The notes below the pieces were generated by a model that saw only the letters and a program-made list of their open reading frames with translations, was not told the DNA's origin and ran no database searches. Below, piece by piece: positions 7,377 to 17,300 of a stretch of 27,597 nt of DNA. A program made the translations under genes and the position numbers. The DNA lies in contig JBEKHN010000023.1 in NCBI GenBank assembly GCA_050012255.1, positions 1-27,597 of the forward strand, read 5' to 3'. Origin of the DNA: Candidatus Bathyarchaeia archaeon. GTDB taxonomy: Archaea > Thermoproteota > Bathyarchaeia > Bathyarchaeales > Bathycorpusculaceae. Numbering within the stretch: the first letter of the stretch is position 1; each line of letters starts with the position of its first letter.

Positions 7377-8598
7377 GCCTGTGTTTTCCCCATTTCCTCT
7401 TGTCTCTAGGCTTTTCACGTCTAGGTCTGGCAACTGGCAACTGAGGAGGTTGATCATACTTCTGATGAATCTCTTCGATTCGTTTGTCCATGTCAGCTTT
7501 CAGCTCTTTACCTATAGACCTGCCTCCGAACGCGTCTGCCCTGACAGCTATTGCCAACTTTCCTGCGAGGGCCCTAGCGATTTTCCCTCTCTGCCACTTC
7601 TTCGCGTCATGCAACAGCGTGTGCTGGAAAATCAACCCGTGCTTCGGCGGCCTCGCACCAGTTTTCAGCGAACGGAACAGGGCTTTCTCAGCGCCCAGGA
7701 CCTGAATCGTGCTTGCCGGCCTCTTGGCCAGATTCATCAAGCCTCCTGATAGCGCAATTAGGCGCGCCCCTAGAAGCGAACCTACCATGTATTTTGTGTT
7801 CGGCGCAACCTCTTCCATGGTTGAGTCCAGGTAGGTTTCCAAGTTTTGACGAGTCTTGTACAGATTCATAATGTCGCTGCACAATGCCTGAATCTGTTTC
7901 AAATCGGCATGGTCGAGGTCTGCGCCCATTGATTTTTCTGCAACCTTTGATATCGCCTCGGTCTTTGATTTTGGAACTTCCTCACCCTCAAGCCTGTCGA
8001 TTGTGAAGTTGGCCTTGTTGCCCAGTTTGACCACGAGCCGCGCGTACGTCTCGTGCTTGTCCAGCAGACGGTCCAGCTCCGGGAAGTGTATGCCGTACCA
8101 TTCTCTCACCCTGGCCATGAGCATGTTTATGGTCTTGTCCAACTCGTCCAGGCTCTGGATGGCTTGGGCAACGACGAGGTCTCTTTTCTCGACGGCTCCT
8201 TTGACTCGTAGCTTAGTGATTTCCATCGTGACGTTGTGGGTCCATAGGGCAAACTCGTCGGCGTCTTTGACGAATCCGGCTTCAATTGCAAACGTTTCAG
8301 GCTTGGACCGAAGAAGTTCCCCCGCGTCTGAAGGTTTCGATACTTCAACTTTGATCCCGAGTTTCTCCTGAACTTCCCTGGCGAGATTCGCATTTTCGAA
8401 GACAAAATCGTCGTAACCTTTCTCCCCAAGCGCACTGATCAGGCTAGAGACCCCATCAGTCATCTTTCCAGCTTCCATCCTAACGAGGGTTTTCGCTGCG
8501 CTCTCCGGCTCCTTTGGGAATAAGACTGTCGCTATGACCTTGTTTTCCGCATCGAAAGCCAGTATTCCAAAGGAGCCCTCAACTATCGTTACTTTCAT
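7366..8598 (-). CDS. nop5: C/D box RNP scaffold protein Nop5 (Nop56/58)
   Basis: REWYGIHFPEL, SMGAD, APN, PASTIQVLGAEKALF, PPKHGLIF and RGKIARALAGK motifs; basic tail. Confidence 0.97.
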   Translation of the reverse strand: MKVTIVEGSFGILAFDAENKVIATVLFPKEPESAAKTLVRMEAGKMTDGVSSLISALGEKGYDDFVFENANLAREVQEKLGIKVEVSKPSDAGELLRSKPETFAIEAGFVKDADEFALWTHNVTMEITKLRVKGAVEKRDLVVAQAIQSLDELDKTINMLMARVREWYGIHFPELDRLLDKHETYARLVVKLGNKANFTIDRLEGEEVPKSKTEAISKVAEKSMGADLDHADLKQIQALCSDIMNLYKTRQNLETYLDSTMEEVAPNTKYMVGSLLGARLIALSGGLMNLAKRPASTIQVLGAEKALFRSLKTGARPPKHGLIFQHTLLHDAKKWQRGKIARALAGKLAIAVRADAFGGRSIGKELKADMDKRIEEIHQKYDQPPQLPVARPRREKPRDKRKWGKHRRDR

Positions 8599-8742
8599 CC
8601 TATTGCCTCAGCACTACTATTGCAGAGGCTAGTGTTAATAAAAACTTACTGGGGTCATGCAGTCCGCCGTTCCAAAGCGTCTCCTTAGTAGAACTAATAT
8701 AATTGGTAGGCTTAACAAGGAGCTGGCCAAGGTGCAAAACGG

Positions 8743-9663
8743 GTGAGAGACGCTGGTTTGGGCGTTGATCTGGCGGGTTTGAGGCTTGCCAATCCGACAA
8801 TATTGGCTTCTGGGATTTTGGGTTATTCCGTTGAAACCCTGGAAAACATTGTTAAGGCCGGAGCGGGAGCGGTGGTGACAAAGTCAGTTTCACAGAAACC
8901 AAGAGAAGGTTACGCAAACCCAACGGTTGTCCAGGCAAGCTGCGGCTTGATCAACGCGGTTGGGCTTCCAAACCCCGGTATAGAAGAGTTTGCCAAGGAG
9001 ATTTGCAGTGCCAAAACCGTCCTAGGTGTGCCTCTTGTCGTCAGCGTCTTCGGTTTCTCAGCTGAAGAGTACGCGTCAGTGGCAAGAAAAGCCGTCGGGG
9101 CAGGCGCGGATGGAGTGGAGCTCAACGTTTCATGTCCGCACGTCAAGGAGACGGGTTCGGAGATCGGTCAGGACCCGAAGATTCTAACTCAGGTCATCCG
9201 AAAGGTCAGGGCTTCTGTGGATAAGCCGATCCTGGTCAAGTTGTCGCCCAACGTCACAAACATGTCAGACATTGCATGTGCCGCTGTACGTGCTGGGGCA
9301 GATGCCTTGACGGTTATGAACACGGTGAAAGCGATGGCCATAGACGTTGAAACGACGATGCCGGTCTTGGCTAACAGGGTAGGAGGCTTGTCAGGCGCAG
9401 CGGTGAAACCAATCGCGCTCAGGCACGTTTACGACGTTTACGAACAAGTCGATGTTCCAATAGTAGGCTGCGGGGGAATAGCCGACTGGCGTGACGCGGT
9501 GGAATTCCTCCTGGCAGGGGCTTCAGCTGTTCAAATAGGCACGGCGATAGCCAATGAGGGGCTCGGAGTGTTCAGGGCAGTTACTCGCGGAATAGGCACG
9601 TACTTGAGAAAGAAACATTTGAGGAGCGTGAGTGAAATCGTTGGCTTGTCACACCGCAGCTAA
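8743..9663 (+). CDS. pyrD: Dihydroorotate dehydrogenase B, catalytic subunit
   Basis: NPTILASG, VTKS, NAVGLPNPG, ELNVSCPH, VKLSPN, GGLSG and GASAVQIGT motifs. Confidence 0.96.
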   Translation: MRDAGLGVDLAGLRLANPTILASGILGYSVETLENIVKAGAGAVVTKSVSQKPREGYANPTVVQASCGLINAVGLPNPGIEEFAKEICSAKTVLGVPLVVSVFGFSAEEYASVARKAVGAGADGVELNVSCPHVKETGSEIGQDPKILTQVIRKVRASVDKPILVKLSPNVTNMSDIACAAVRAGADALTVMNTVKAMAIDVETTMPVLANRVGGLSGAAVKPIALRHVYDVYEQVDVPIVGCGGIADWRDAVEFLLAGASAVQIGTAIANEGLGVFRAVTRGIGTYLRKKHLRSVSEIVGLSHRS

Positions 9664-10465
9664 CCAGCTCAGGACCAAGCTGATCATTAGCATAAAAGCA
9701 GAGAGCCCAACGGTCAAGACTTTTGCGTTCAAAGACGAACAGTGTGCAAGGGCCAAGCCGGGCCAGTTCTTGATGCTGTGGATTCCCGGCGTGGATGAGA
9801 TCCCGCTGAGCATCATGGACGCGAGAGAGGATGGAAGAGTCGCAGTTTCCGTCAAGGCTTTGGGCGAAGCCACTCTAGCGTTGCATCAGAAACGAGTAGG
9901 CGAAACTGTTGGCGTGCGAGGCCCGTTTGGCAACAGCTTCACGATGAAGGGACGCAAACTTCTCATGGTAGGCGGTGGAACGGGGATCGCGCCGCTTATG
10001 TTCTTGACCAGGAGGTTGATTTCAAAGGCGGCCAGCACGACCTTTGTGTTGGGGGCAAAGACAAAGGGCGAATTGCTGTTCAGAAGTGAGTTGGAGAAGT
10101 TTGGGGCGAAGAGGGTTCGTCTTGTCACTTCGACGGAGGACGGGAGCTGCGGCCTCACGGGACTGTGCACTGAACCGTTAGAGCAGATGTTGGCTAGAGA
10201 GAAGTTTGACGTGGTCTACGCTTGTGGGCCCGAGCAGATGATACTGAAGGTTTTTGAGTTGGCTGAACAGCGCGGCGCAGAGATGCAGGCAAGCTTGGAA
10301 CGCCTGATGAGATGCGCCATCGGCCTGTGTGGAAGCTGTGTTATCGGCAAGTACAGAGTCTGCGCGGACGGACCGGTGTTCACTTCAAAACAGCTTAGGC
10401 ATGTGAGGGACGAGTTCGGTTTATCCAAGCGGGACCGGTGTGGAAAAAAGGTGCCGCTTGACTAG
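9632..10465 (+). CDS. pyrK: Dihydroorotate dehydrogenase electron transfer subunit
   Basis: PGQFLMLW, RGPFGN, GGGTGIAP, ACGP and [2Fe-2S] MRCAIGLCGSC...VCADGPVF motifs. The exact start is uncertain. Confidence 0.94.
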   Translation: MKSLACHTAANQLRTKLIISIKAESPTVKTFAFKDEQCARAKPGQFLMLWIPGVDEIPLSIMDAREDGRVAVSVKALGEATLALHQKRVGETVGVRGPFGNSFTMKGRKLLMVGGGTGIAPLMFLTRRLISKAASTTFVLGAKTKGELLFRSELEKFGAKRVRLVTSTEDGSCGLTGLCTEPLEQMLAREKFDVVYACGPEQMILKVFELAEQRGAEMQASLERLMRCAIGLCGSCVIGKYRVCADGPVFTSKQLRHVRDEFGLSKRDRCGKKVPLD

Positions 10466-10865
10466 CGCGCATGCTAGCCTCCGTCCGAGCGGTGTCGATG
10501 CGATCTTACACGTGGACGTGAAGGCTACATCCCTGTATTCGCGTTTTGACCCCGTCTATTCCACCCTCCCCCTCCCCCCTAGGGTACTAGTACTGCACAT
10601 AGGCACTGGGCAAGGCCCTACTGACTTGACGCGGGTCTGCAGCCAAGCGCGTATCGAGGGCTTGAGCCAGAGTCTCGGCAAGGGTTGTAACTGTCAATGT
10701 GCTCAACCGTCGCAGCGTATTCTGGTTTCATCTGCCCCGCTCCGAGCTCGTCAACCTGCCTGCCCTTCTCCTAAGGAGTCAGCCCTTCCTTCAGGGGCGT
10801 TCACGCAAAACTTTTCAAAGGCGGACTGATTATCACTTGGCCTGCCAGTGCGGGCATGCGCAACG

Positions 10866-11135
10866 TTATTCTTCACTGGTTATTTCCAAGATCACTCTTC
10901 CTTTGGGGTCTGGGCATTCCACTTCGATGACCTCGGGTAGCCAATCGTTGGGTTCATCTATTTTTCTCTGCTTAGCCGGCAGCAGTGGAAGCAGGCTGGA
11001 GAGGGCATAAATGCAAAAGTGCTTGTTCTTTTTGGGAAAGCTCAGTTTTCCGCCTTCAAGTCTGAAGCAGTCGCCGACTTTGTGGGTGTCGCAAGAGCCG
11101 CCGATTGCTTTAACTCTGACGATTAGAGTTTTCAT
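10866..11135 (-). CDS. TIGR04076-like small Cys-containing protein
   Basis: Pattern GSC...HKVGD...FC..AL..LLP...CPDP..VILEI. ATG 11135 is the preferred start. Confidence 0.8.
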   Translation of the reverse strand: MKTLIVRVKAIGGSCDTHKVGDCFRLEGGKLSFPKKNKHFCIYALSSLLPLLPAKQRKIDEPNDWLPEVIEVECPDPKGRVILEITSEE

Positions 11136-11240
11136 GACGGTTTCAAAATGGATAAAAACAGCTTTCAACTTAAAGGTTTCTCAGATACAATTTACCAACA
11201 TCGTGTTGGACTTTCGTGGATGGAGACGTAGTTTGTCCAG

Positions 11241-11714
11241 ATGAAGAGAATCTTGGTTAACGTTGACCGATGCTCCGGATGCAGGCTGTGCGAATTAGCA
11301 TGCTCGTTCAAACATGAAAAAAGGTTCAGGCCTTCGGTTTCGAGGATAACCGTGATGAAAGAGGACGGTTTAGGCTTCGACCTACCGGTCATCTGCTGGC
11401 ACTGTAACCGCTGCAAACCCGCAGAAAGCTGCCCCGCAAACGCCCTGGAAAGAAACGCTGTAGGACTGATCTGTGTAGACGAAGAGAAGTGCACTGGCTG
11501 CGGTAACTGCGTCAAGTTATGCCCCTTCGGCGCGATCAAACTGCATCCCAATAAGCATACTCCTTTACTCTGCGACCAGTGCGGCGGGAGGCCATTGTGT
11601 GTCGAAAAGTGCCCCACAAGAGCGTTAACGTACGCGGAAACGAGAACGCAGCAGCCCAAAATTCCCAACAAACTTCTTGAAGAAACGTTGAGAAGGTGGA
11701 GGGTCACTGTCTAA
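11241..11714 (+). CDS. 4Fe-4S dicluster domain protein (DmsB/HycB-like electron-transfer partner of AOR)
   Basis: CSGCRLCELAC, CWHC...CP, CTGCGNCVKLCP and CDQC...CVEKCP motifs. Confidence 0.93.
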   Translation: MKRILVNVDRCSGCRLCELACSFKHEKRFRPSVSRITVMKEDGLGFDLPVICWHCNRCKPAESCPANALERNAVGLICVDEEKCTGCGNCVKLCPFGAIKLHPNKHTPLLCDQCGGRPLCVEKCPTRALTYAETRTQQPKIPNKLLEETLRRWRVTV

Positions 11715-13626
11715 GTATTTTGGCTACGCTGGCAGAATTCTCAGAGTAAACCTCACCAAGAACAAGGTCAGCATCAAGCCCACCGAAAAAAGATTGATAA
11801 TGGAGTTTCTCGGTGGAAGAGGCTTCAACTCGAGGAGGCTTTACGAAGAAGTTTCAACAGGTGTCGCTCCTCTCTCTCCTGAAAACAAGCTCATGTTTGC
11901 AACAGGCCCGCTTGTCGGCACAGCCTTCCCGTTAGGTGCAAGATTCAACGTCAGCGCAAAGTCTCCGCTCACGGGAATACTGGGAGATTCAAACGCTGGA
12001 GGCCATTTTGCAGCGGAAATCAAGTTCGCCGGGTACGATCAGATAATAGTTGAGGGAAGAAGCCCGAAGCCGTGCTATGTTTTCGTCCAAGACCAGGAAG
12101 TTCAAATCATGGACGCGGAACATCTCGTGGGAAAAGACGTTTACGAAGCAACCGAAACCATAAGAAAAGACCTAGCGGACCCACACGTTCAAGTGGCAAC
12201 GGTTGGTCCGGCGGCCGAGAACCTTGTTCTCTACGCGGGAATATTTGCTAATTTTGTTAGGCCGGCTGCCAGAACTGGAATGGGCACGGTTATGGCTTCC
12301 AAAAACTTGAAGGCCATAGCGCTGAGAGGAACTGGCAGCGTCAAGATCGCTGACTCAGGAGCTTTCTGGAGCATCGCTGAAGAAGTGGAAAGAGAGACCT
12401 ACGCTCATCCGCAGTACTGGCCGCGCAGAATCATGGGAACAACCAGAATTCTCAGCCTCGCCGACAAGCTTGGCTTTCTGCCCACGAGACACTTCACCTC
12501 AGCCACCTTCGAGCACGCAGCCGAGGTGAGTGGCGAAAGATTGGCAAGAGAATACAACGTGAAGAACCGCGCGTGCTTCTCATGCATAGTTCCGTGCAGC
12601 AGGATCTACACGATAAGACAGGGAGATTACGCTGGCCTTCACGGTGAAGGACCGGAGTACGAGGCCCTGAGCAGTTTCACCGCCAGAGTTGGAAACGCAA
12701 ACCTGAACCTAGCGTTGAAGGCCGTTGACTTGACGAACAGGCTGGGCTTGGACGCGATAACAACCGCTGAATGCATCGCTTGGGCTATGGAGCTTTATGA
12801 GAGAGGAGAGCTGACGAAAAGAGAAACAGGCGGCCTTGAACTGAAATGGGGTGATGGTGAGGCAATACTCGGTCTGATCGCAAAAATAGCTTATCGAGAT
12901 GGGTTTGGAGACCTGCTTGCTGACGGAGTGAAGAAAGCAGCCGAAAAACTTGGAAAGGGAATGGAAATAGCTTTTCACGTGAAGGGCCTAGAACTCATTC
13001 AGGCTGACCCTCGAGGCCTAAAAGGTTACGGCTTAGGCTACGCGGTCTCAAGCAGGGGAGCAGACCATTTGAGGTCGGAGCCTTTCCTAGAGTTAAGCGA
13101 CGACCCGGATAAAGGCTTGAAAATGTTCGGCATCCGCGAAGCAACTCAGAGGCTCGCATATAGAGGAAAGGGCAAACTGATACGTTACTGCGAAAACTGG
13201 TGCGCAATAATAGACTCTTTAGAAATCTGCAAAAACCTGGCTGAAAACATGGAGCTCTTGCCTCTGAACAGAGCAGCCGAGATAACGAAGGCCGCAACGG
13301 GTTTTCCCTTCACAGAAGACATGATGTTTGAGATCGGAGAAAGAATAGTCAACCTTGAAAGAGCCTATCTTGTCCGAGAAGGAATCACGAGAAAAGACGA
13401 CTACTTGCCGGCAAGATTCTTGAAGGAGCCTCTACCCGACGGAAACTCGAAAGGATCAGTGTTTGAGATGGAGCCCATGCTTGATGAATACTATGAAGAA
13501 AGAGGATGGGACTCCAACGGGGTTCCGAAGACAGAAAAACTGAGAGAAACGCGCCTAGAATACGTAATCCAAGATTTGAAAAGAAGAGCGATTCTAACCG
13601 CGAAGAAAAAGAAAGCTAAGAAATAG
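11707..13626 (+). CDS. aor: Tungsten-dependent aldehyde:ferredoxin oxidoreductase family protein
   Basis: GYAGRILRVNL N-terminus lies upstream of the ORF-track start. KSPLTG, SNAGG, RTGMGTVMASKNLKAI, CxxCxxxC-GPEYE, DPRG, RGADH and YYEERGW motifs. Start inferred at CTG 11707. Confidence 0.93.
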   Translation: MSKYFGYAGRILRVNLTKNKVSIKPTEKRLIMEFLGGRGFNSRRLYEEVSTGVAPLSPENKLMFATGPLVGTAFPLGARFNVSAKSPLTGILGDSNAGGHFAAEIKFAGYDQIIVEGRSPKPCYVFVQDQEVQIMDAEHLVGKDVYEATETIRKDLADPHVQVATVGPAAENLVLYAGIFANFVRPAARTGMGTVMASKNLKAIALRGTGSVKIADSGAFWSIAEEVERETYAHPQYWPRRIMGTTRILSLADKLGFLPTRHFTSATFEHAAEVSGERLAREYNVKNRACFSCIVPCSRIYTIRQGDYAGLHGEGPEYEALSSFTARVGNANLNLALKAVDLTNRLGLDAITTAECIAWAMELYERGELTKRETGGLELKWGDGEAILGLIAKIAYRDGFGDLLADGVKKAAEKLGKGMEIAFHVKGLELIQADPRGLKGYGLGYAVSSRGADHLRSEPFLELSDDPDKGLKMFGIREATQRLAYRGKGKLIRYCENWCAIIDSLEICKNLAENMELLPLNRAAEITKAATGFPFTEDMMFEIGERIVNLERAYLVREGITRKDDYLPARFLKEPLPDGNSKGSVFEMEPMLDEYYEERGWDSNGVPKTEKLRETRLEYVIQDLKRRAILTAKKKKAKK

Positions 13627-13639
13627 TACTTCATACAAG

Positions 13640-13655
13640 CCCCTTTTTGAAGGGA
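13640..13655 (+). terminator. Possible short hairpin/T-run terminator after aor
   Basis: CCCTTTTTGAAGGG lies just downstream of the stop. Confidence 0.3.
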
Positions 13656-13760
13656 AACTCGCGCTTGCATAAGTATGCCAAGCCCTTGAGGTCGGTAACA
13701 TATGAGGAAACATTTTTCAACGGGAACAGTCAGTAAACCGCCACAAGGAGTTGCCCTCGC

Positions 13761-14273
13761 ATGCAACAACGGATGATTCGAAAGGAAGTAGTCGTCAATG
13801 CATCTGTGAAGGCGGTCTGGGACGCGTGGACCACGCCGGAAGGCGCTGTCACCTTCTTCGCGCCGAAGGCCAACATCAGGCTTGCATTGGGCGGACCGTA
13901 CGAGCTGTTCTTTGACCTTGACGCTCCAGAGGGCTCACAGGGAAGCGAGGGTCTGAAGATACTCAGCTTTCTTCCATTGGAAATGCTCTCGTTCGAATGG
14001 AGTGCGCCGCCACAATATCCCACCGTTCGCAAACGACAGCGCACGTGGGTTGTAGTTCAATTCTACCCGCGTGGCCAGAACGAAGTCCGAGTCAGATTGA
14101 CTCATCTCGGTTGGAAAGAAGGCGATGAGTGGGACAAAGTCTTTGAATACTTCAAACGCGCATGGGACGTCGTCCTCGGAAGGCTAGAATACAGGTTTTC
14201 CAAGGCTCACATCGATTGGAATAGTCCTTACTCCATTCCCCAAAACATGACGTATGAAACCCCTCGAGAATGA
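13761..14273 (+). CDS. SRPBCC/AHSA1 (START-like) domain protein
   Basis: VVVNASVKAVWDAWTT..G, LSFEW, VRLTHLGW and terminal helix W..VL.RL. Confidence 0.9.
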   Translation: MQQRMIRKEVVVNASVKAVWDAWTTPEGAVTFFAPKANIRLALGGPYELFFDLDAPEGSQGSEGLKILSFLPLEMLSFEWSAPPQYPTVRKRQRTWVVVQFYPRGQNEVRVRLTHLGWKEGDEWDKVFEYFKRAWDVVLGRLEYRFSKAHIDWNSPYSIPQNMTYETPRE

Positions 14274-14352
14274 AATGAAGGACAATCGTCTAAGCAAGAT
14301 CGCTGAGCTTCCAAACTAGTGCTCTGCGATTCTTGCAAAACTGGGTCGTTGA

Positions 14353-17300
14353 TCATCTTTCTCCTTTGAGCCAGCCCTTGATTCCGAGTTCCTTGACTGT
14401 TATAGTTATCGGCGTCGGTTCGTGTGACTTGCTTTCCCCATTTTCGTCGAGGTACAGGATTTTCGGTTTTATGTGGAATATGCCTTGGCGTTTTGATTTG
14501 AGAACCAGTCTTACTTCCTCTGTTTTCAGGGGATCCAGTCGCTTTCCCTTCATGTTCAGATCATTATGCTCTACGCGATACATCTCCGGCTTTTCCGCTG
14601 TTTCAAAACCTTCCGGGATGGTTTCTTCAATTCTAGATAGCAGGGCACTGCCTTTTCCAGCATTAGCGAGCTCGATATCTAGGTTCAGGTTCTCCCCAAC
14701 CCTTAACTCTTTTCGGCTGGCCACGATGTTTGCCTGCACTTCAGCATGATCCAGCCTTTCTAAGCCAACGGCTTTTTCAGATGTTGGCGTCGGTGTGGCA
14801 AATGCGGTTGTAGAGGCTATTATTGGAGCATACAACACTTCTGCCAGTGAAGCGGTTAGTTGTCGCTTCTCCTTCACGTTCTCCAGCAGTTTCAAAACCT
14901 GCAGTCGTTTTGACGAGTGCTCCGTTTTGGCGAAAGCAGTGGCAGACCCCTGCAGAAGCTTCTCAACTATGATGTAAAGTTTGGCCTTTTTCTCAAGGTC
15001 TTTTTCTCTTAAAGCATCATCCATCTGCACATAAGCATCAAGCATTAGTCTCGTTGCTTTCACGTATTCTGAAGCGTTTTGGAAGTCTGCTCTCAGATAG
15101 TAGTCTGCAGCGCTTTCCAGATGTTGCATAGCCGCAGCATACGTCGCTGCGTCTCGTGTATCAAAGAATCTAGTTCCAGCCTCAAGAGCCCTACAGAAGC
15201 GACTATGGCCCAGCAACAGCATTTTTTCCTTTTCGCTTGAGCCAAGCTCTTTTGCTTCTTCAAACAGCTGGGAGGCTTCACCGTAATACTTTGGCAATAC
15301 TTCGGCCTCGGCTTGAGCCATCTTCTGCCAAGCGCGAGACAGAGTGAGGATATATTTGATCTCTCTTCGATCCTGTTCGCTGTCCAATTCCTCAATCATT
15401 TTCTCGAGAGTCCCACTGAGTGCACCGTATCTTTCAGCGCTCAAGTAGTGTTCGCCCTTCCTGTCAAGGAGCTTTGCTTCTTCAAGTACAATTCTGGCTC
15501 TGCAATAAGCATGCCTCAAGTCATTGGCTTTTAGCATAGTTGTTGCCATTTGTTTTTCGTCTACATCTTCGATCTTGTCGAGCTGAGTTTGGAGAGACTT
15601 CTCAGCTTCATTGAACAACGAGGTTGCTTGTTCGAAGGTCTTAAGTGCTTCCTCGCTTTGTTCCGCCCTGCTCAGTTCTTCGGCGTGTTCGACTTTAGCC
15701 CAAGCAGAAAGGCTGGGTGCCAGGTAGTTCCATTGTTTCAATAATCTGTGCAGATCAGCAGCTTTCTCAAAGTGCTCTTTTGCACGACCATATTCTTGTC
15801 TCTTGTGATGGTGTCTTGCTTTCTCTATTTCACTCCAGGCCTGCATGTAAAGCACATGGTCTTGGTAGAAGGCGCTAAGTTGAGGGATTTTCTGTGCGGC
15901 CCCTTTGTAGTTGTCTGAGGCCATGCCAAAGCTTTCGGCCGCCATCGCATGCTCCCCAAGGGCATCGTAGCCATTTGCAGCTTTCCAGTAGCACTCAGCG
16001 GCGTAGCTAACCATATCAATCTTCTGAAATGATCTCGCCCCCTCTTCGAATGATTTTATTGATTTTCTTTGATACTCATTGTCTTTGGTTAGCCCGTACA
16101 GGCGTCTCAATAATTCGCCGTAGCGAAGCTGGAGATAACCACGCTCGATATCCTCGGCGCACAGGGTCCCCTTGATGCACAATTGCAGGCCATGTTCCAT
16201 GTTTGAAGCAGCCTCTTCGAGCATGCTCTTCTGTTTCTGAGGCTCTTCTTCGACATTTGAAATCAGACCTTGTAAATGAGCTAGATAGCACCAAGCGACG
16301 CCTCGGTTTCCGTAGTGAAAAGGAAAACGTTGCTCATTTATTCTAATATTCTCCTTTCTGTGTTCCAAAGCCTTTTCCAAGAGCTTCTTTTTGTCCTCAA
16401 GGCTCACTTGGATTTGTGCTGAACGTTCCAGATAAAAGCTTACCATGTGATCAGCGTACGAAATGACGCCTGGGTATCCCGAACTTTCAGCCAAGACGAG
16501 TGCCCGAGATGCTTCCTCGACTGCTTTTTTCAGCAAGTCGCGTCTTCTCACAAGATCAATTTCCAACCGGGCCAGTGCCCAGTAGTAATCGGCTTTAGGT
16601 GCTGCTGTCCATGCTTGGTCACCACGCGGACTCACGAAGGATATTGCTGAGAACTGGCGTTGTGCATCTTCAGCATATTGCAGAGTTCTCGCGGCATATT
16701 CGGCACTTTTGCTGGGGTCCTCAATACCAATCGCTTTCCATTGACAAGCATAAGCCAGCCAGTCCATTGCCGTTCCGATCATGTATTTGTCCTTAGTTTT
16801 CTTTGCAGAACTCAAGGCTCTTTCAAAATGCACCAATATCTCATCAGTATCCCAGCCCATTTCATCGCCAGTCCCCCCAGATGTAGCGGCCAATTCCAGA
16901 AAAGCGGCCTCTTCAGACAACTTGCAAGCTTTTTGCCAATAATCTTGTCCTTTCTTGCGACACCTGTCCCTCTCATCAATGGAAGGAACGAAATATAGAC
17001 CGAACGCGGTCACGTAGAAGGCAGTTTTCACGTAAGCTCTTGCAAGTTCCCATGCGTCATCGGCACTCCCAAGCAGAATGATTGCTCTTTCTCCGCGTTC
17101 CATCGCCTCTCTAATCACCTTCTCGCCAGCTTGAAAATTCCATTCAAGAGAATATCCTAGAAAAGCGCTCGAAGCAAGTTGGCTATACGTTTTCCCATAT
17201 TCCAGAACCTTTCCGGCTTCCTCAAAGGTTTTCAAGGCTTCACTGGTAAGCTCCCAACACTTGTCAAGCAACCTCTTCTTTTCAGGCACTTCCAAAGCAA

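Noticed and set aside
7377-7457. N-terminal extension of fibrillarin in the ORF track
   Set aside because: It lies inside nop5; the GTG at 7376 gives a normal-length protein.
10440-10829. 129-aa + strand ORF, and a 37-aa minus-strand ORF (MKPEYAATVEH...)
   Set aside because: No recognisable motifs and atypical composition; the + ORF overlaps pyrK. The small ORF cannot be excluded but has no support.
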